Shown here piece by piece: positions 14,072 to 28,129 of a stretch of 64,000 nucleotides of DNA. Positions within the stretch are counted from its first letter, which is position 1. The number at the start of each line of letters is the position of its first letter. Under the pieces are notes generated by a model. That model was not told the origin of the DNA and searched no databases. It saw only the letters and a list, made by a program, of their open reading frames with translations. The stretch spans positions 7,254,001-7,318,000 of the forward strand of contig NC_043009.1 of the NCBI RefSeq assembly GCF_006345805.1, written 5' to 3'. This stretch comes from Octopus sinensis. Lineage: Eukaryota. Both the position numbers and the translations under genes were made by a program.

Positions 14072-14910
14072 AAGACGGAGAGCTGGCAGTGTCGTTAGCA
14101 TTCCGGGCAAAATGCTTAGCGGCACTTCGTCTGTCTTTATGTTCTGAGTTCAAATTCCGCTGAGGTCGAATTTGCATTTTAATGCCGATAAAATAGGTAC
14201 CGGTTAAGTAATGGCGTCGATGTAATCGACTTACTCGGCTCCCCCGTTCTTACTGTTTCTGTACCAAAATTTGAAACCATTAATATTGTGCCGGATTTAA
14301 GGCAGCGAGATTTCAGAATCGTTAGGACGCAGGGAAAAATAATTAGCGACATTTCGTCCGTTGTTACGTTCTGAGTTCAAATTCTACCAGGGTCGATTTT
14401 GCCTTCCATCCATCGGGGTCGACAAAACGAGTACCAGTTGAGAACTGAAATCGTTGTAATCGACTATCCACATCCCCCCAGACCTTGTTCCTGTAGCAGA
14501 ACTGATTATTATTACTTCTAGTAGTAGTAGTAGAAGTAGTAAGGTGGCGAGCTGGCAAAATCGTAACCCGCTAAGCAGAATGCTTTACACCACTTCGTCT
14601 GTCTTTTAAGTTCTGAGTTCAAGTTCCATCGAGGTCGAGTTTGCCTTCCATCCTTTCGGGGGTCGATGTAATAAGTACTAACTGAGCGGTATGGGTCGAT
14701 GTAATAGACGTCCTCTGCTCCCGCGAAATTGCTGGCCTTGTGTCAAAATTTAAAATCAACATTGAGTCGGTTTTAGGTACAAGGCAACCATTTTTTAGTT
14801 ATGAGGAATGAAAGATGATGCAATGTAATCGAAGACGTAAAAACTGCTTAAATTTATTGACCGCGAAAGGATGAAAGGTAATATTGATCTTGGCATGATT
14901 TGAACTCATG
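14072..14910 (+). mobile_element. cluster of three to four decayed SINE family A monomers (last one on minus strand)
   Basis: Repeated gagctggcag...ttctgagttcaaattcc...tttcatcctttcggggtcga motifs. Confidence 0.75.
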
Positions 14911-15261
14911 TATCGTTTCTGACGCAAGAAATTTCGAGTGAGTGATCTATGATGTTCCAATTTACACCGGTACTCCATTGCATCTTAGCTTATCGCTCTC
15001 ACTAAAGGGAAATAAACAAAGCAGCACCGGTTGCCTAGCAGTTGAGGAGGAACACAAACACAAAGAGACGCATGTACAGACAGTTTCCCTCAACGAAATT
15101 CACTCACAATGTAATGGGCGGTCCAGAGCTATAGCGGGATAAGCTGGCACCGAACCCGAAACCACTACATCGTTGCCAAGAGAGCTTCATCACCACACAG
15201 CCATGCCTGCACTTCTTTAAGAAATTAACATTAAAACAGACCTGAAACAATAGACAACAAG

Positions 15262-15845
15262 GTGTTTCGAGGAATTAGTCGTCCTACGCATAAGGCGACA
15301 AAATGCTTAGCGGTACTTCGTCTGCCGCTACGTTCTGAGTTCAAATTCCGCCGAGGTCGAATTTGCCTTTCATCCTTTCGGGGTCGATTAAATAAGTACC
15401 AGTTACGCACTGGGGTCCATATAATCTATGTAATCCGTTTGTCTGTCCTTCTTTGTCCTCTCTGTGTTTAGCCTCTTGTGGGTAGTAAAGTAATAGGTAT
15501 TTCGAATGCCGCTACGTTCTGAGTTCAAATTCCGCCGAGGTCGACTTTGCCTTTCATCCTTTCCGGGTCGATTAAATAAGAACGAGTTACGCACTGGGGG
15601 TCGATGTAATCGATGTAATCCGATTGTCTGTCCTTGTTTGTCTTCTCTGTGTTTATCCCCTTGTGGGTAGTAAAGAAGTAGGTATGTCTGTCTTTACGTT
15701 CTGAGATCAAATTCCGCCGAGGTCGACTTTGCCTTTCATCCTTTCGGGGTCAATGAATTCAGTCCCAGTTGCGTACAGGGGTTGTTCTAATCGATGGCCC
15801 CCTCCCCAAAAATTTCGGACCTTGTGGCTAGCGTAGAAAAGATTA
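15262..15845 (+). mobile_element. SINE family A trimer
   Basis: Three ~184-bp units beginning near 15311, 15496 and 15680. Confidence 0.8.
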
Positions 15846-17110
15846 CTCGTCCGACGCCAAAATCCGATAACATTGACGTCCATTCTCACTGCCTAAAACA
15901 CTGGATTCAGTTTATTTGAATCTAACCCTTCTCTGCAACACATTGTTTATATCTTACGCCATCTAAGGACAAGAACCATATAAATGTCTGGCACTTATAA
16001 AAATGAGGTTGGTAGAATTGCTACAGTGACACACGAAAATCACTCGCGGTATTTGCTTTCATCTATAAAATTTCCGAATTCAAAACTGACCAGTGTTCAG
16101 CAACATGTTATAATATGTATCCTGTATCTAATACAATATTAGATACTTGCATATAGTTTGTATTTCCGGCTTGTATATTGTTTAACAACTAATATTTTAT
16201 ATGTTGTAAAATATAATTTGAGTAAAGCACTTACCTGGTTTGTGATATCCACCTATGCTAAGTATTTAGAACTATTGCTTGTATATGCAACGACGACGAT
16301 GGTGATGATGATGATGATGATAAATGACATAGCGTAACGCAACATAAGTACCAGTAAATAACTGGGTTTTAACCTCTTCCAGCATTTGCAACCGATTACA
16401 CGTGTTAGAGGTACGTGATTATTTTACTCTGTGTGAGCAAAGCAATCGTAGTACTTGTGTTACAATGTAAGATTATTCCAGCTGAGAAACTGAGATTTGG
16501 ATAGATAGATAGATAGATAGATAGGTAGATAGGTAGATAGATAGATAGATAGATGTACGTATGTATCTATGTATGCATGTATCGAAAAGTATGAAATACC
16601 TTTGACCTCAAATTCGTTTACAAGACAAGCAAGAAGAGAGTTAGTTCTGAACCAATGGTTCTACTCTCTCATTTAGCGACATTGAATCAATAATCAGATT
16701 GTTGTTTCCCGATTTCTGCTCTTTTTCCTCTATAATGTCACAGATACTTTTGGGAAATGCAATTTTCATTCCATTCGACAATGAGTCTGAGAAATTGGCT
16801 ATTTCTACCAAATAGAATATATATATATATATAGACATCTGATTTTATCCAAACAACGAGCTTCGATAACTATCAAAGTGTGGGTGAGTAAATATGAATA
16901 TATGTGAGTTTGTGTATATGTGAGTGTGTGTGTGTGTGAGGGAGACACAGAGAGAGAGAGAGTGTGTGTGTGTGTGTGTGTGTGTACGTGACATTATTGA
17001 TATGTATCAGCACAAATTAGTCAGATTATGTAAATAGCGATAGACGGGTCAAATTTTAGTGCTGGTCATGTTATTAATGACGCTACCACACCCTTCCAAG
17101 CATAAACACC

Positions 17111-17313
<203 letters not shown>

Positions 17314-17471
17314 CACTAGTATTTCGCACATCGCTACGTTCTGAGTTCAAATTCCACAGAGGTTGACTTTGCCTTTCATCCTTTCGCGGTCCGTAAATTA
17401 AGTACCAGTGCAATACCGGGGTCGATGTAATCGACTCCTCCCCTAAGCTGCCCTTGTGGCAAAAATTTTGA

Positions 17472-17503
<32 letters not shown>

Positions 17504-17889
17504 GTCTGTGTGTTTAAGAAGCTCACTTGGAACCATTTGAGCAAGTGTCTTCTACTATAGCCCCGGACTAACCAAAGCCTTGTGAGTGAATGTGATTGAG
17601 AGGAGCTGTACTGAAGCCCGATGCATATACATACGTGTGTGTGTCTTTGTAATTGTGTTTGTTCCTCCATCGCTTGTATAGATTCAGATACTTTTTTCTT
17701 TCTTTTTTTTTTTTGGCGGGGGGAGGAAACCCGGCTCTCCGATGGTTACCACGACAAGGATTCTATATGATGCTATCATCAGAAAGACATACTCGTGAAA
17801 TTAACATGCAAGTGGTTGAGTACACCACAGGAAGTTTCGACGTGACACAGAATGTGGGTCGGCTAACCTTTTGAATTGCAGAGAGTGTA

Positions 17890-18015
17890 TGTTTCTGCCA
17901 GATGTAAAGACGGGCAAAACGTGTAATAAATATCTTGCTCAAAGACACAACGCGCCCCTAAATATCGAACCCACGAGCTCACGATCGCGAGCGGATAATT
18001 CAAACCACAAAGCTA
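17890..18015 (-). mobile_element. decayed tRNA-derived SINE of a further family
   Basis: Minus strand ggtagctttgtggtt...gtgggttcgatattt (B-box-like) then ttgtgtctttgagcaagatattt (CORE-like). Confidence 0.55.
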
Positions 18016-18292
18016 CCAATTTTGGCACAATGCCAGCAATTTCAGTGGGGAGGGATTATTTTATCGGCCCCAAAAGCATGGAAGGTAAAGTCGACCTCGG
18101 CAGAATTGTGCTCAGAACATGGAGAGGGACGAAATGCAGCTAATCATTTTTCCGTTTGTGCTATCGATTCTGTAAGCTTTCCGCCTTTCTCCTCCTCGCT
18201 CAATATATATTGGTACTGATTTTGCATAAAACCCAACATCTTTTATATCATATTTCGAATTCCTACTCCTTAAGAAAGTTTCTCTACAAAAA

Positions 18293-19008
18293 CCTAGTGT
18301 GACCCGCGGGTTTCATGGTTTTTGACCTTGATATGCCACACGAGGGTATATTTTGATATCCCGATCGTTATCGAATAGCTGTCGGTAGAGAGAGCTAGCC
18401 ACAACCACGGCGATAAAATACGATTACAAAAGGCGAAGTGCATAGATAAAAGTATTTATGCAGCTCTCACAAATCAGGAGATCTTAGTTTATAAGCCAGA
18501 TTACAGTTTCTTCGCATAGCTATAAGTATAAATATTCAATATGGTTCTTGAAAATCAAGACAGATCAGTACATGAACCAGGTTGACTATTTTTCACTTTA
18601 CATATGACACTAATGTCAATAAGAAAGGCCTGATGAAAGACATCATGCCCTTTTATCTCTCCTTTGAAAATATAGTGTCTATAGAGATATTTACAAAGAA
18701 AATAATATTCTTTTATATAGAGAAAATTTTATCTATTAATTATATTATATTAGTGTGAATCTATAAAGGCATAGTCTATTGGACGCCGTACTAAATATCG
18801 GTATTCAATTTCCTAAATCTCTACCACCCGGGTCGGTCCATTATGTATATCAAGACTTTAATTTCAATATGATTAGAAAATCATTATGGAGGGGGTCATT
18901 GAAACACTGGCAAATTTGTGACCTTGCATGCTTATTCAAAGCATACAATTATAATACGTGTTTCAGTTTATATCGAAAAACATTCACTTTTTATGTTTTC
19001 ACTGTATA
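18293..19008 (+). mobile_element. possible non-autonomous Helitron-like element
   Basis: Starts ctagtgtgacccgcggg and ends aaaacattcacttttatg...tatag; these termini resemble non-autonomous rolling-circle elements. No second copy in the window. Confidence 0.25.
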
Positions 19009-19757
19009 GTTGGTGTTGTAAATTTAATCACGAATCTATGAGAGTATATCTGACATGTGTACAGTCAGTTTCATATTTACTACAGGAATGAATATACTAA
19101 AATTGCAGAAATTTCATTCAGGACGTAGAATGCAATTTATGAATCTTATATATGCAGTAGAAAGAACATTGCAATCTGAAGTAATGTTTTGCGGATAAAC
19201 CTGAAAATGGAACAAACTTAAATATACTGTGACATGTATTTCGTACATCAAAGCTTTGTAGCACAACTATATTACAGTTAATGAGACTTTCATTAGAAGA
19301 GCCGGAGAACAGTAACGTTTTATGGGTAGTTTTTGCGATTTAATCCGATACAAAATGGGTGATTGTAGCATGGATAGGTGCCTTCACAAAATCTTTATAT
19401 TCCTGCATTAAACTCATGTTAATTAGTGAACGTTTAAATACTTACTGAGAAAGCGAAAGAAGGTGGCAAGCAGGCACAATCGTTAGCACAATCGTTTTAC
19501 CCTTCAATGATACCACCAGCGTGCCTCCAGTAGAACAACAGCAATCAATGTCAAGTACATGTCAGGGTAAGTTTGTACCATCTCGTGTCAACTCGGTTGT
19601 TGTTACTTATACCAATTCCAAAAAAGAACGCCATTTCATCATAGTGTATACCGAGTGTAATAAAGTCATTTTCAAGGAATCAACAATTACGTTATCTAAT
19701 ACGTCACTTCAGAAACGTGGGCGGTGGTAGTTGAGAGAGATATGGCTGCTATTTCTT

Positions 19758-19965
19758 ATTTCTTTATTGCCCACAAGGGGACAGACAAAGGGATTAAGTC
19801 GATTATATCGATCCCTGTGCGTAACTGGTACTGAATTTATCGACCCCGAAAGGATGAAAGGCAAAGTCGACCTCGGTGGAATTTGAACTCAGAATGTAAC
19901 GGCAGACGAAATACGGCTACGCATTTTGCCCGACGTGCTAATGTTTCTGCCAACTGCTATTTCTA
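19758..19965 (-). mobile_element. SINE family A monomer with long tail
   Basis: Near-consensus unit; further monomers at 17325-17470, 18020-18185, 20460-20670, 20750-20945, 21845-21998, 27312-27515, 31100-31490, 51298-51710, 53980-54200 and 63690-63862. Confidence 0.85.
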
Positions 19966-22893
19966 GCATACCAAGTTACTGTATTAAGGCTCAATTCATT
20001 GCCAAACCGTTACTCAAGGCTGTATTAATTATCAAACGTTGCACTATAGCTTTTATCAAAGTGTTCAGGTGTAACAAAGTACTGCTACACATTATTAGTC
20101 TTTAGAGATCTGAGATTATCTCGTTCGTTTAAGACTGCCTTTGTTTTGATATATTGTCAAAACAATAACCCAGGAGATGATTAGAACCTCTAGAAAATGT
20201 AATAAGCCGTCATATGCTTCAATAAATTTCGGATATAATCCCGCAAAGGCGTTAAGGTTGATTAATTTGGTGGTGGTATTTGTCAGATAGGAAACAAACT
20301 TAGTCAAAATGAAAGCAGACTCTCTTAAAAGGGAACACTCCAAATCAGTAGGTTCATCCAAAACACTTGTAGGTGTTGCTTTCATTTGAGTCAAGGGGTA
20401 AAATATACTGCACTCTCCCCAAAATTGTGTGGTCCTTACTTTTACAATTACTCTAAAATAAGGCGGTGAGCTGGCGGAATCGTTAGCATGCCAGGCAAAA
20501 TGCTTAGCGGCATTTCGTGTCTTTCCGTTCTGAGTTCAAATGACGCATAGGTTAACTTTGCCTTTCATATTTTCGGGGTCGATAAAATAAGTACGTGTTG
20601 AACACTGGGGTCTATGCAACCGACTTCACCCCTCCCCGAAATTGCTGGCCTCGTGCCAAAGTTTGAAAATTAATATTATTCTGATATAAACATGAAATCA
20701 ATAAATAAATGATTCTTAGAATTGTTAGTGTGTCTGGTATGAAACATATAGTTAAGTGGTGAGAAGGCAGAACCCTTAGCACGCCGGACAAAATGCTTAG
20801 CTGCAAATTTCACCGATGTCGACTTTGTCTTTCATCATTTCGAGGTCGATCAAATAAGTAGCAGTTGAACACTGGGGTTGATGTAATCGCGTAGCTCCCC
20901 CTCCTCTCAAAATCTTCTGGCCTTGTGCCATAATTTGAAACCATATTTAAACGAATGTTATATTCCTTCACTTATTGTTGCTTACCAAGATTGAACTTGC
21001 TTTTCATCGTTCGAAAGTCGATAAAAATAAAGTACAAGTGGCGCAGAAGCATAAATTTAATCGATCAAAACCTTCCTTAAAATCCAATTCAAAATAAGTA
21101 TTCGGTATAACTTTCACTAAGAATATTTCGCTATGAGAGTTATTTCTCAAATTATTTCATACTTTTCTTCTAACGAAATAATATATCAGAAATACGGCGG
21201 AAAATCGTATAAGCTTTCATTTTGACAAACAATGTTTATTATTCAAATTACAAAAGGTTAACTATCATTCCAAATGATTCCAAATGATTCCAAATAGTAA
21301 ATATTTATAGGTTAAATTGCCAAAGGTTTAATATCGTAATTAAAAATATAAAAAAATTTAACAATTATTTCCATAAAAATTAATTTAAATGTCAAAATTT
21401 TCTAATTTTATATAAATATTAAAATCCTATTCCATCTGAAATTGCTCGTTGTTTTTTAATGGCAACGATTCGAAAGTTCAATAATAATCTTTAATTACTA
21501 CACTGTATGAGAAATGTATTTGATATCATTTGGAAATTGATTGTATTTTGTTTATATATTTTCCAGTAGTTCAATCTAAACAATAAGATGTTAATACAAC
21601 GATGTACGCTTAAAATGCCGTTCCGACCATTTGCCGGAAAATGTTTGTGACTGTAATGCTTTTATTAAACCATTGTCTAGTAATGGTTCCTAATTTAAGC
21701 AACAAAGCCAGAAATTTTCAAGGGAAGGGTTTAATCGATGGCATATATCCTAGAGATTGAGTGTTACTTTATTGTATCAACCTCGGAGAAATGAAAGGCG
21801 AAGTAGATCTTCGTGGGATTTAAGTTAAGGAAGTAACGAACCGCAAGAAATACCTATTTCTTTACTACCCACAGAGAGGACAAACAAGGACAGACATACG
21901 GATTAAGTCGATTATGTCGACCCCAGTGCGTAACTGGTACTTATTTAATCGACCCCGAAAGGATGAAAGGCAAAGACGACCTCGGCGGAATTTGAACATC
22001 GATTGACAACCGATGCTGTTGTGTTTACGTCCCCGTAACTCAGCGGTTCGGCAAAAGAGACCGATAGAATAAGTACTAGGCTTACAAAGAATAAGTCCTG
22101 GGGTCGATTTGTTCGACTAAAGGCTGTGCTCCAGCATGGCCACAGTCACATGACTGAAACAAGTAAAAGAGTAAAAGAGTAAAGAGTAACGCACAACATG
22201 ACCCGGGTCTTTCAGTAACCCTACTCTTAGAATTCAGGGCCTGCAGGCATTGCTGTTTTCTTATGTTCTGAGATTTGCAATCCTCTCTGAAAAGACGTTC
22301 ATGTCAGGCGATAGAAAGAAAGAAAAAATCATTAAGAGGGCTGCTCGCTGGCCCCAAATTTGCATTCCAGGAGGGGTTTCAAAACTTGTTAAACGCAGAA
22401 TGAGATGTACCGACAGTAAGTAAGGGACAATTTTGAATATAAAAGAGTTTAATCAAACTGATTAAAACTGTACGTAAAGTAATAACTCATATATTTTTAT
22501 TCAAGGTCCCTGTATTATTGAATATGATATTCTTTGTTCTTTTTATTGGCTTTAAAGATTTAAATCTTCAATGGAAACATAAATTTCCTTCATTGATTCT
22601 CTCTACTCGTGTCTATTCAGTCTATTCTTTCTTTTATCTGATAACATTTTAGATTGGTGTGTTTCTTTTAACAATGATATCGTTTAACATCTTATCGCTT
22701 TTATCCCTCTGCAATGCATCACTTTTAGCCACAGATCTTCTGTTGAATTGTTTTTCAATAATCCCTCATTTGCAGAGGATACCATCGTCTGTGTAATCCT
22801 GCTTTCTCCGAGCTGTTGTTCCGAATGTATTTCACAAAATATAAAAATTGATCTAATGTTCGGAATGTGCATCCTGCTCGTGGGAATAGTATA

Positions 22894-22938
<45 letters not shown>

Positions 22939-23000
22939 ATAGAAATTGTAAGACAACAAAAGAATGAAAGAGACCTCGGTATTATGTAAATAGAGGAATT

Positions 23001-23199
23001 TATCTGTAAATGTAATATGTGAAAATTATTCTGTAACCATGATAAAACTCTGAGTTTCGGATGTCGGGTGGAAATAAACGCTGCCATCTCTTCAGTAATC
23101 TGGACATCGGAAAAAATATCTTCGGTTATCCGGCCATCGGATAAAAATCCGAAACTCGGAGTTTTATCATGGCTACTAAATGTCACATATTACATTTAC

Positions 23200-23204
<5 letters not shown>
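23001..23204. mobile_element. MITE-like element with bipartite inverted repeats
   Basis: Outer 22-bp perfect IR (tatctgtaaatgtaatatgtga) and inner 26-bp IR with one mismatch (ccatgataaaactc[t/c]gagtttcggat), next to (TA)n. Confidence 0.7.
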
Positions 23205-23252
<48 letters not shown>

Positions 23253-24419
23253 CATACAGAGAGAAAGAGAGGGAGAGGGAGAGATATGTGTGTGTTAATA
23301 TATACTTATGCATGTGATTATATATGGATGCTGACGTCATCCTGTGAACAACCTGAACATTTGAATAAATGGAAATTGTTCTACGTTGACTCCGATGCAC
23401 AACCACAACTAAATGCGAGCTGCTGTAAGGACATTTGATAATAGTCTATCGCTTGATTTTTTTACGAACTACACTTTTTTTTAGCATAACTATAACTTCA
23501 TATCTAGGGACTGTGGTGAACTTTTCCACCGATCTGTACTCCTTTTAGTATTTTTACTAACATTTGCTATGAGCTCGGTTTCTTATTTTCTGGTATTCAA
23601 TTTTCAGTGTCAGTCACAGAGCACCAATCCTCTCACTCCTCTCTCCCCACCTCCACCCAATATTGCCATAAACAAGGCAATGAACACTGCTGTGCTTTGT
23701 TAACGGGTCCTGATACCTCTGGAATAAATGATACTTCCATCTTGACTATACTTAGAATTGCTACCAACGATACTCAAGATACAGCTTTTGACGCCTGTTC
23801 TTCATATTGATGCCCCTGCTCTTGTTATCTACTATTCGTTTATGTATATTTCCTCTTTTCTTCCTCTTACCAGAAAAACTGCATGAGACTTATGCTTTGA
23901 CAAATATAAAAAGAGGCCTTTCTGCTAAACGCCGATAATCTAACTGAGTTCCAGTAATATATATATCCAGTATATATTCAGTAAGTGAAAAAGTACGTAA
24001 TGTAAAATGCGCGTATTAGTCGCTGATGAGTGATACGGATTCAGTAGAAAATCTCTGAGAAAATTTCACTGTAGTGAATGACGATAATATAAGTAAAAAT
24101 CCTTGACCTGATAAGCAGTGAAATTTTTCGACTATTTTCTCAAAGAAAGATCAATAATTTTTAATTTGAATTTCAGAATATTCATTGTTTGCACCGAATA
24201 ATATATACACTGCAAGCAAAGTGAATTATATGCGCGTGTATATAATTATAAATATATAAATATATATATTTATATTATATATGTACATATATATGTGTGT
24301 GTGTGTGTGCGTGTGTTTGTGTGTGTGTGTGTGTGTATAAGCACATTTAGATGCAATTATGCGAGTTATATATCAGAGTATCCATATATATAAATATGTA
24401 AATGCATAAATACTCATAT

Positions 24420-24430
24420 GCCTGTACGTG

Positions 24431-24466
<36 letters not shown>

Positions 24467-24656
24467 ATATGAACATATATATATATGTATATTATATATA
24501 TGTATATATTATATATATGTACATATACATATATGTACATATATATATATGTACATATATATATATGTACATATATATATATGTACATATATATATATAT
24601 GTACATATATATATATATATTATGTATATATATATATATGTACATATATATATATG

Positions 24657-24695
<39 letters not shown>

Positions 24696-24936
24696 GTACA
24701 TATATATATGTACATATATATATATATATATGTACATTTATATATATATATGTACACATATATATATATGTACATATATATATGTATATATATATGTACA
24801 TAATATATATATATATGTATATATATATATATGTACATATATATATGTACATATATATATATGTACATATATATATGTACATATATATATATGTACATAT
24901 ATATATATATGTACATATATATATATGTACGTATAT

Positions 24937-24972
<36 letters not shown>

Positions 24973-25010
24973 GTACATACATATATGTGTACATATATAT
25001 ATATATAATA
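24420..25010. repeat. (AT)n-GTAC minisatellite
   Basis: About 25 repeats of (at)n gtac with variable n. Confidence 0.9.
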
Positions 25011-25133
25011 CTTAAATAATTTTTTAATTAGCTTATTAGTTTAAGGCATTTCTGATTACTTGATCGAGAATATTAATCGCACAATAATTTGATTTCGCGT
25101 AACAGATCATTATGATGTTGAAATTTGTATTCA

Positions 25134-25181
<48 letters not shown>

Positions 25182-25678
25182 ATGTACATACATATATGTG
25201 TACATATATATATATGTATGTATGTATATATCTATGTACGCATGTAGGTATGTATATTCGTATGATAGTGCATAAGCTCACTGTGAAGGTCCAATTTCTA
25301 GTAAATGGCCTGAAACGTGTAGGTATGGATGGATCAGTGTGTTCATGAAGGTAAGATTCAAGACACGTGGACTAATTGTTCAGGTGTTGGGCTCAAAGAC
25401 ATGAGTTCGATTTCAAAGCATGATATACCAGCTTGGCTTTTTGTGTAATCTCCGCGTTTTGAGATTTTTATATGGCATAAAATGGTGTGCTAAAATGGAT
25501 AATACCAAAACGCACCGATCTTTCCCCATGTATATCAAATCGTATATTTGTGCGGTACCATGTACATGCTTTAGACGAATAGTGTGTAGTATGAGTAAGA
25601 TAGCCTGTAATTATATACGTCTTTCAATGCATATATCTATGCATGTGTGAGTATGTGTGTCTGTTTGTATGTATGCAT

Positions 25679-25727
<49 letters not shown>

Positions 25728-26571
25728 TATATATACATACAGGAATGCACATATATAATTTTCATAGTAAAAAGGTGATGTTGTTCCAAAAACAGACTTC
25801 ATTTCGGTAGCCGAAATATTACTGAATCTTTTGATACCTAATACGTCAAAATCGATAACTCAGTTTCAAATCTATAAGACAAATAAAGAATGCTTATTGC
25901 GAAACAACTCTATTTTACTACAAAAATAACCTCAAAAAGGAGGTCAGGTCGCACAATTTTGAGGTCATTTTCGGGCAATATTTGTATTTGCTTCTAATCT
26001 ACGTTGTTAATTTTAATGTTTTTGGTGTCAAAAAATACAGCAATGTACGAGGAGTGTTGTATGTGAATTTGTGATGCATAAAACTATATTTGTGAAGATT
26101 TAGGGTTAGGGTTAGGGTTAGAGAAAATGACCAAACACATGCGTTTTTGGAACAATTATTGGCACATTTTCCATCAAGAATGCCGTGTAGCATCTATATT
26201 GTATGGAACCCGTATAGCCACAAACATAGCTCAAGTCTGTGTACTGACAGCGAGTGAGGTACTATCTCGACAAGCCATTTTCGCTTGCAACTCGTCGAAT
26301 GTTAAGTCAAATTCTACCTATCAGTATATAGAATTCACCATCAGAATCAATTGATGATTCATGTAAATGGTAATGGAAAAATTATAAAAATAGTAAATTT
26401 GGCTACACTCACTATGAAACCAAAGAGGACATTTTTAAAACCTGGTACTAGCTCTATCGCCCTCTTTTGCAGAATCGCTAAGTTGTAGGGTTATAGACAC
26501 ACCAACTGCGATGTCAAAGTAGTGTGAGAATAAACACACACACGTACACACACACTCACATACACATACAC

Positions 26572-26630
<59 letters not shown>

Positions 26631-26638
26631 ATATATAT

Positions 26639-26748
<110 letters not shown>

Positions 26749-28094
26749 ATATATACGACGGTCATCTTTCTGCTTCCATCTACCAGATCTACTCACAAGG
26801 CTTTGATCGGCCCGAGGCTAGAGTGGAAAACGCTCTATGCAATGAGACTAAACCCGGTTCCATGAATTTGGGAGGCAAGCTTCCTACCACGTTTCTGTTT
26901 GCACTAAATATCGTCAGTAAAATTTTAGATACTCCTGGACAGAAATGGGTAAATCTTCTGACTTATACAAGAAGTGTTCATTGTTACTTACGTGTGTTCA
27001 TATACAGAAATGTTGATTAATAGTTTCGTATGATCCTATACAGATGTGTTCGTTATTGGCTTTCATACCATTTAAAGTTCAAACTGAAATTTTGTATGTG
27101 ATTGTTATACTTCTTCAGTATTTTCCCGTACATAAACACATGTGTAGCTGTAAGAAGAAAAGCAAAATCAAAAAAAAAAAAAAGAAACAAAGGAAAAAGA
27201 AAGGAAGCACGACATATCGAATTGTCAGTCATAAGATAATTTTTCTCTTACAAGATACGAAAGAGTTGTTTGCAAATGAAAATGTTACAAATGTCCATAA
27301 TGATTTCTACTAAAGGCACATGGGCTGAAATTTTGGGGGCAGAGACCAGTCTGCTACATTAACTCCACTGTTTCAGTGGTATTTAATTCATGTATCCTGA
27401 AAGGATGAAAGGCAAAGCCGACCTCGGTGGAATTTGAACTCAGAACGTAGCGGCAGACGAAACTCCGTTAAGTATTTTGCCCGACATTTCGTAACGATTC
27501 TGCCAGATCGCCTTTTCACAAATTGTGAAAAGGAGAGGATTGCATCTCCTTATATAGGAGAGGATTGCCCATATAGTAATTAAAGTTCAAACTGAAATTT
27601 TGTATGTGATTGTTATATTTCTTTACGTATTTTCCCGTACATAAACATATGTATTTCAGTACTAAGTGTGTACTAAACACACTTAGTACTGAAAAATCTG
27701 CATCGATTCGTTGAAAAATATGTTGCCTTCTATTACTGACTGAAGATTTTGGTAAGAAAGGCTTTATTCTTGATGACATCATTACTCAAATATATATTGG
27801 TACCTAAACCGTTTAAATCCAGAAGAATTTACCCAGAGACGTCCATAACCAAAGCAGAAAATGTTCTATATAACTGTATAACAAGATTTGTCGCTTTGAA
27901 GTAAATTTGTTTAAAATCAATTGACGTCATTTCTAAGTGAATTTAACTGTTTTTTAAGTACGATATTCATTAGAAGAAAAAAGAATCCAACACAGCACTA
28001 ATATAATTTGATAATACTTTCTTTTTATACATACATATATACACACTGACACGCAAGCACATAGTCATATATATATATACACACGCACACAAGA

Positions 28095-28129
<35 letters not shown>

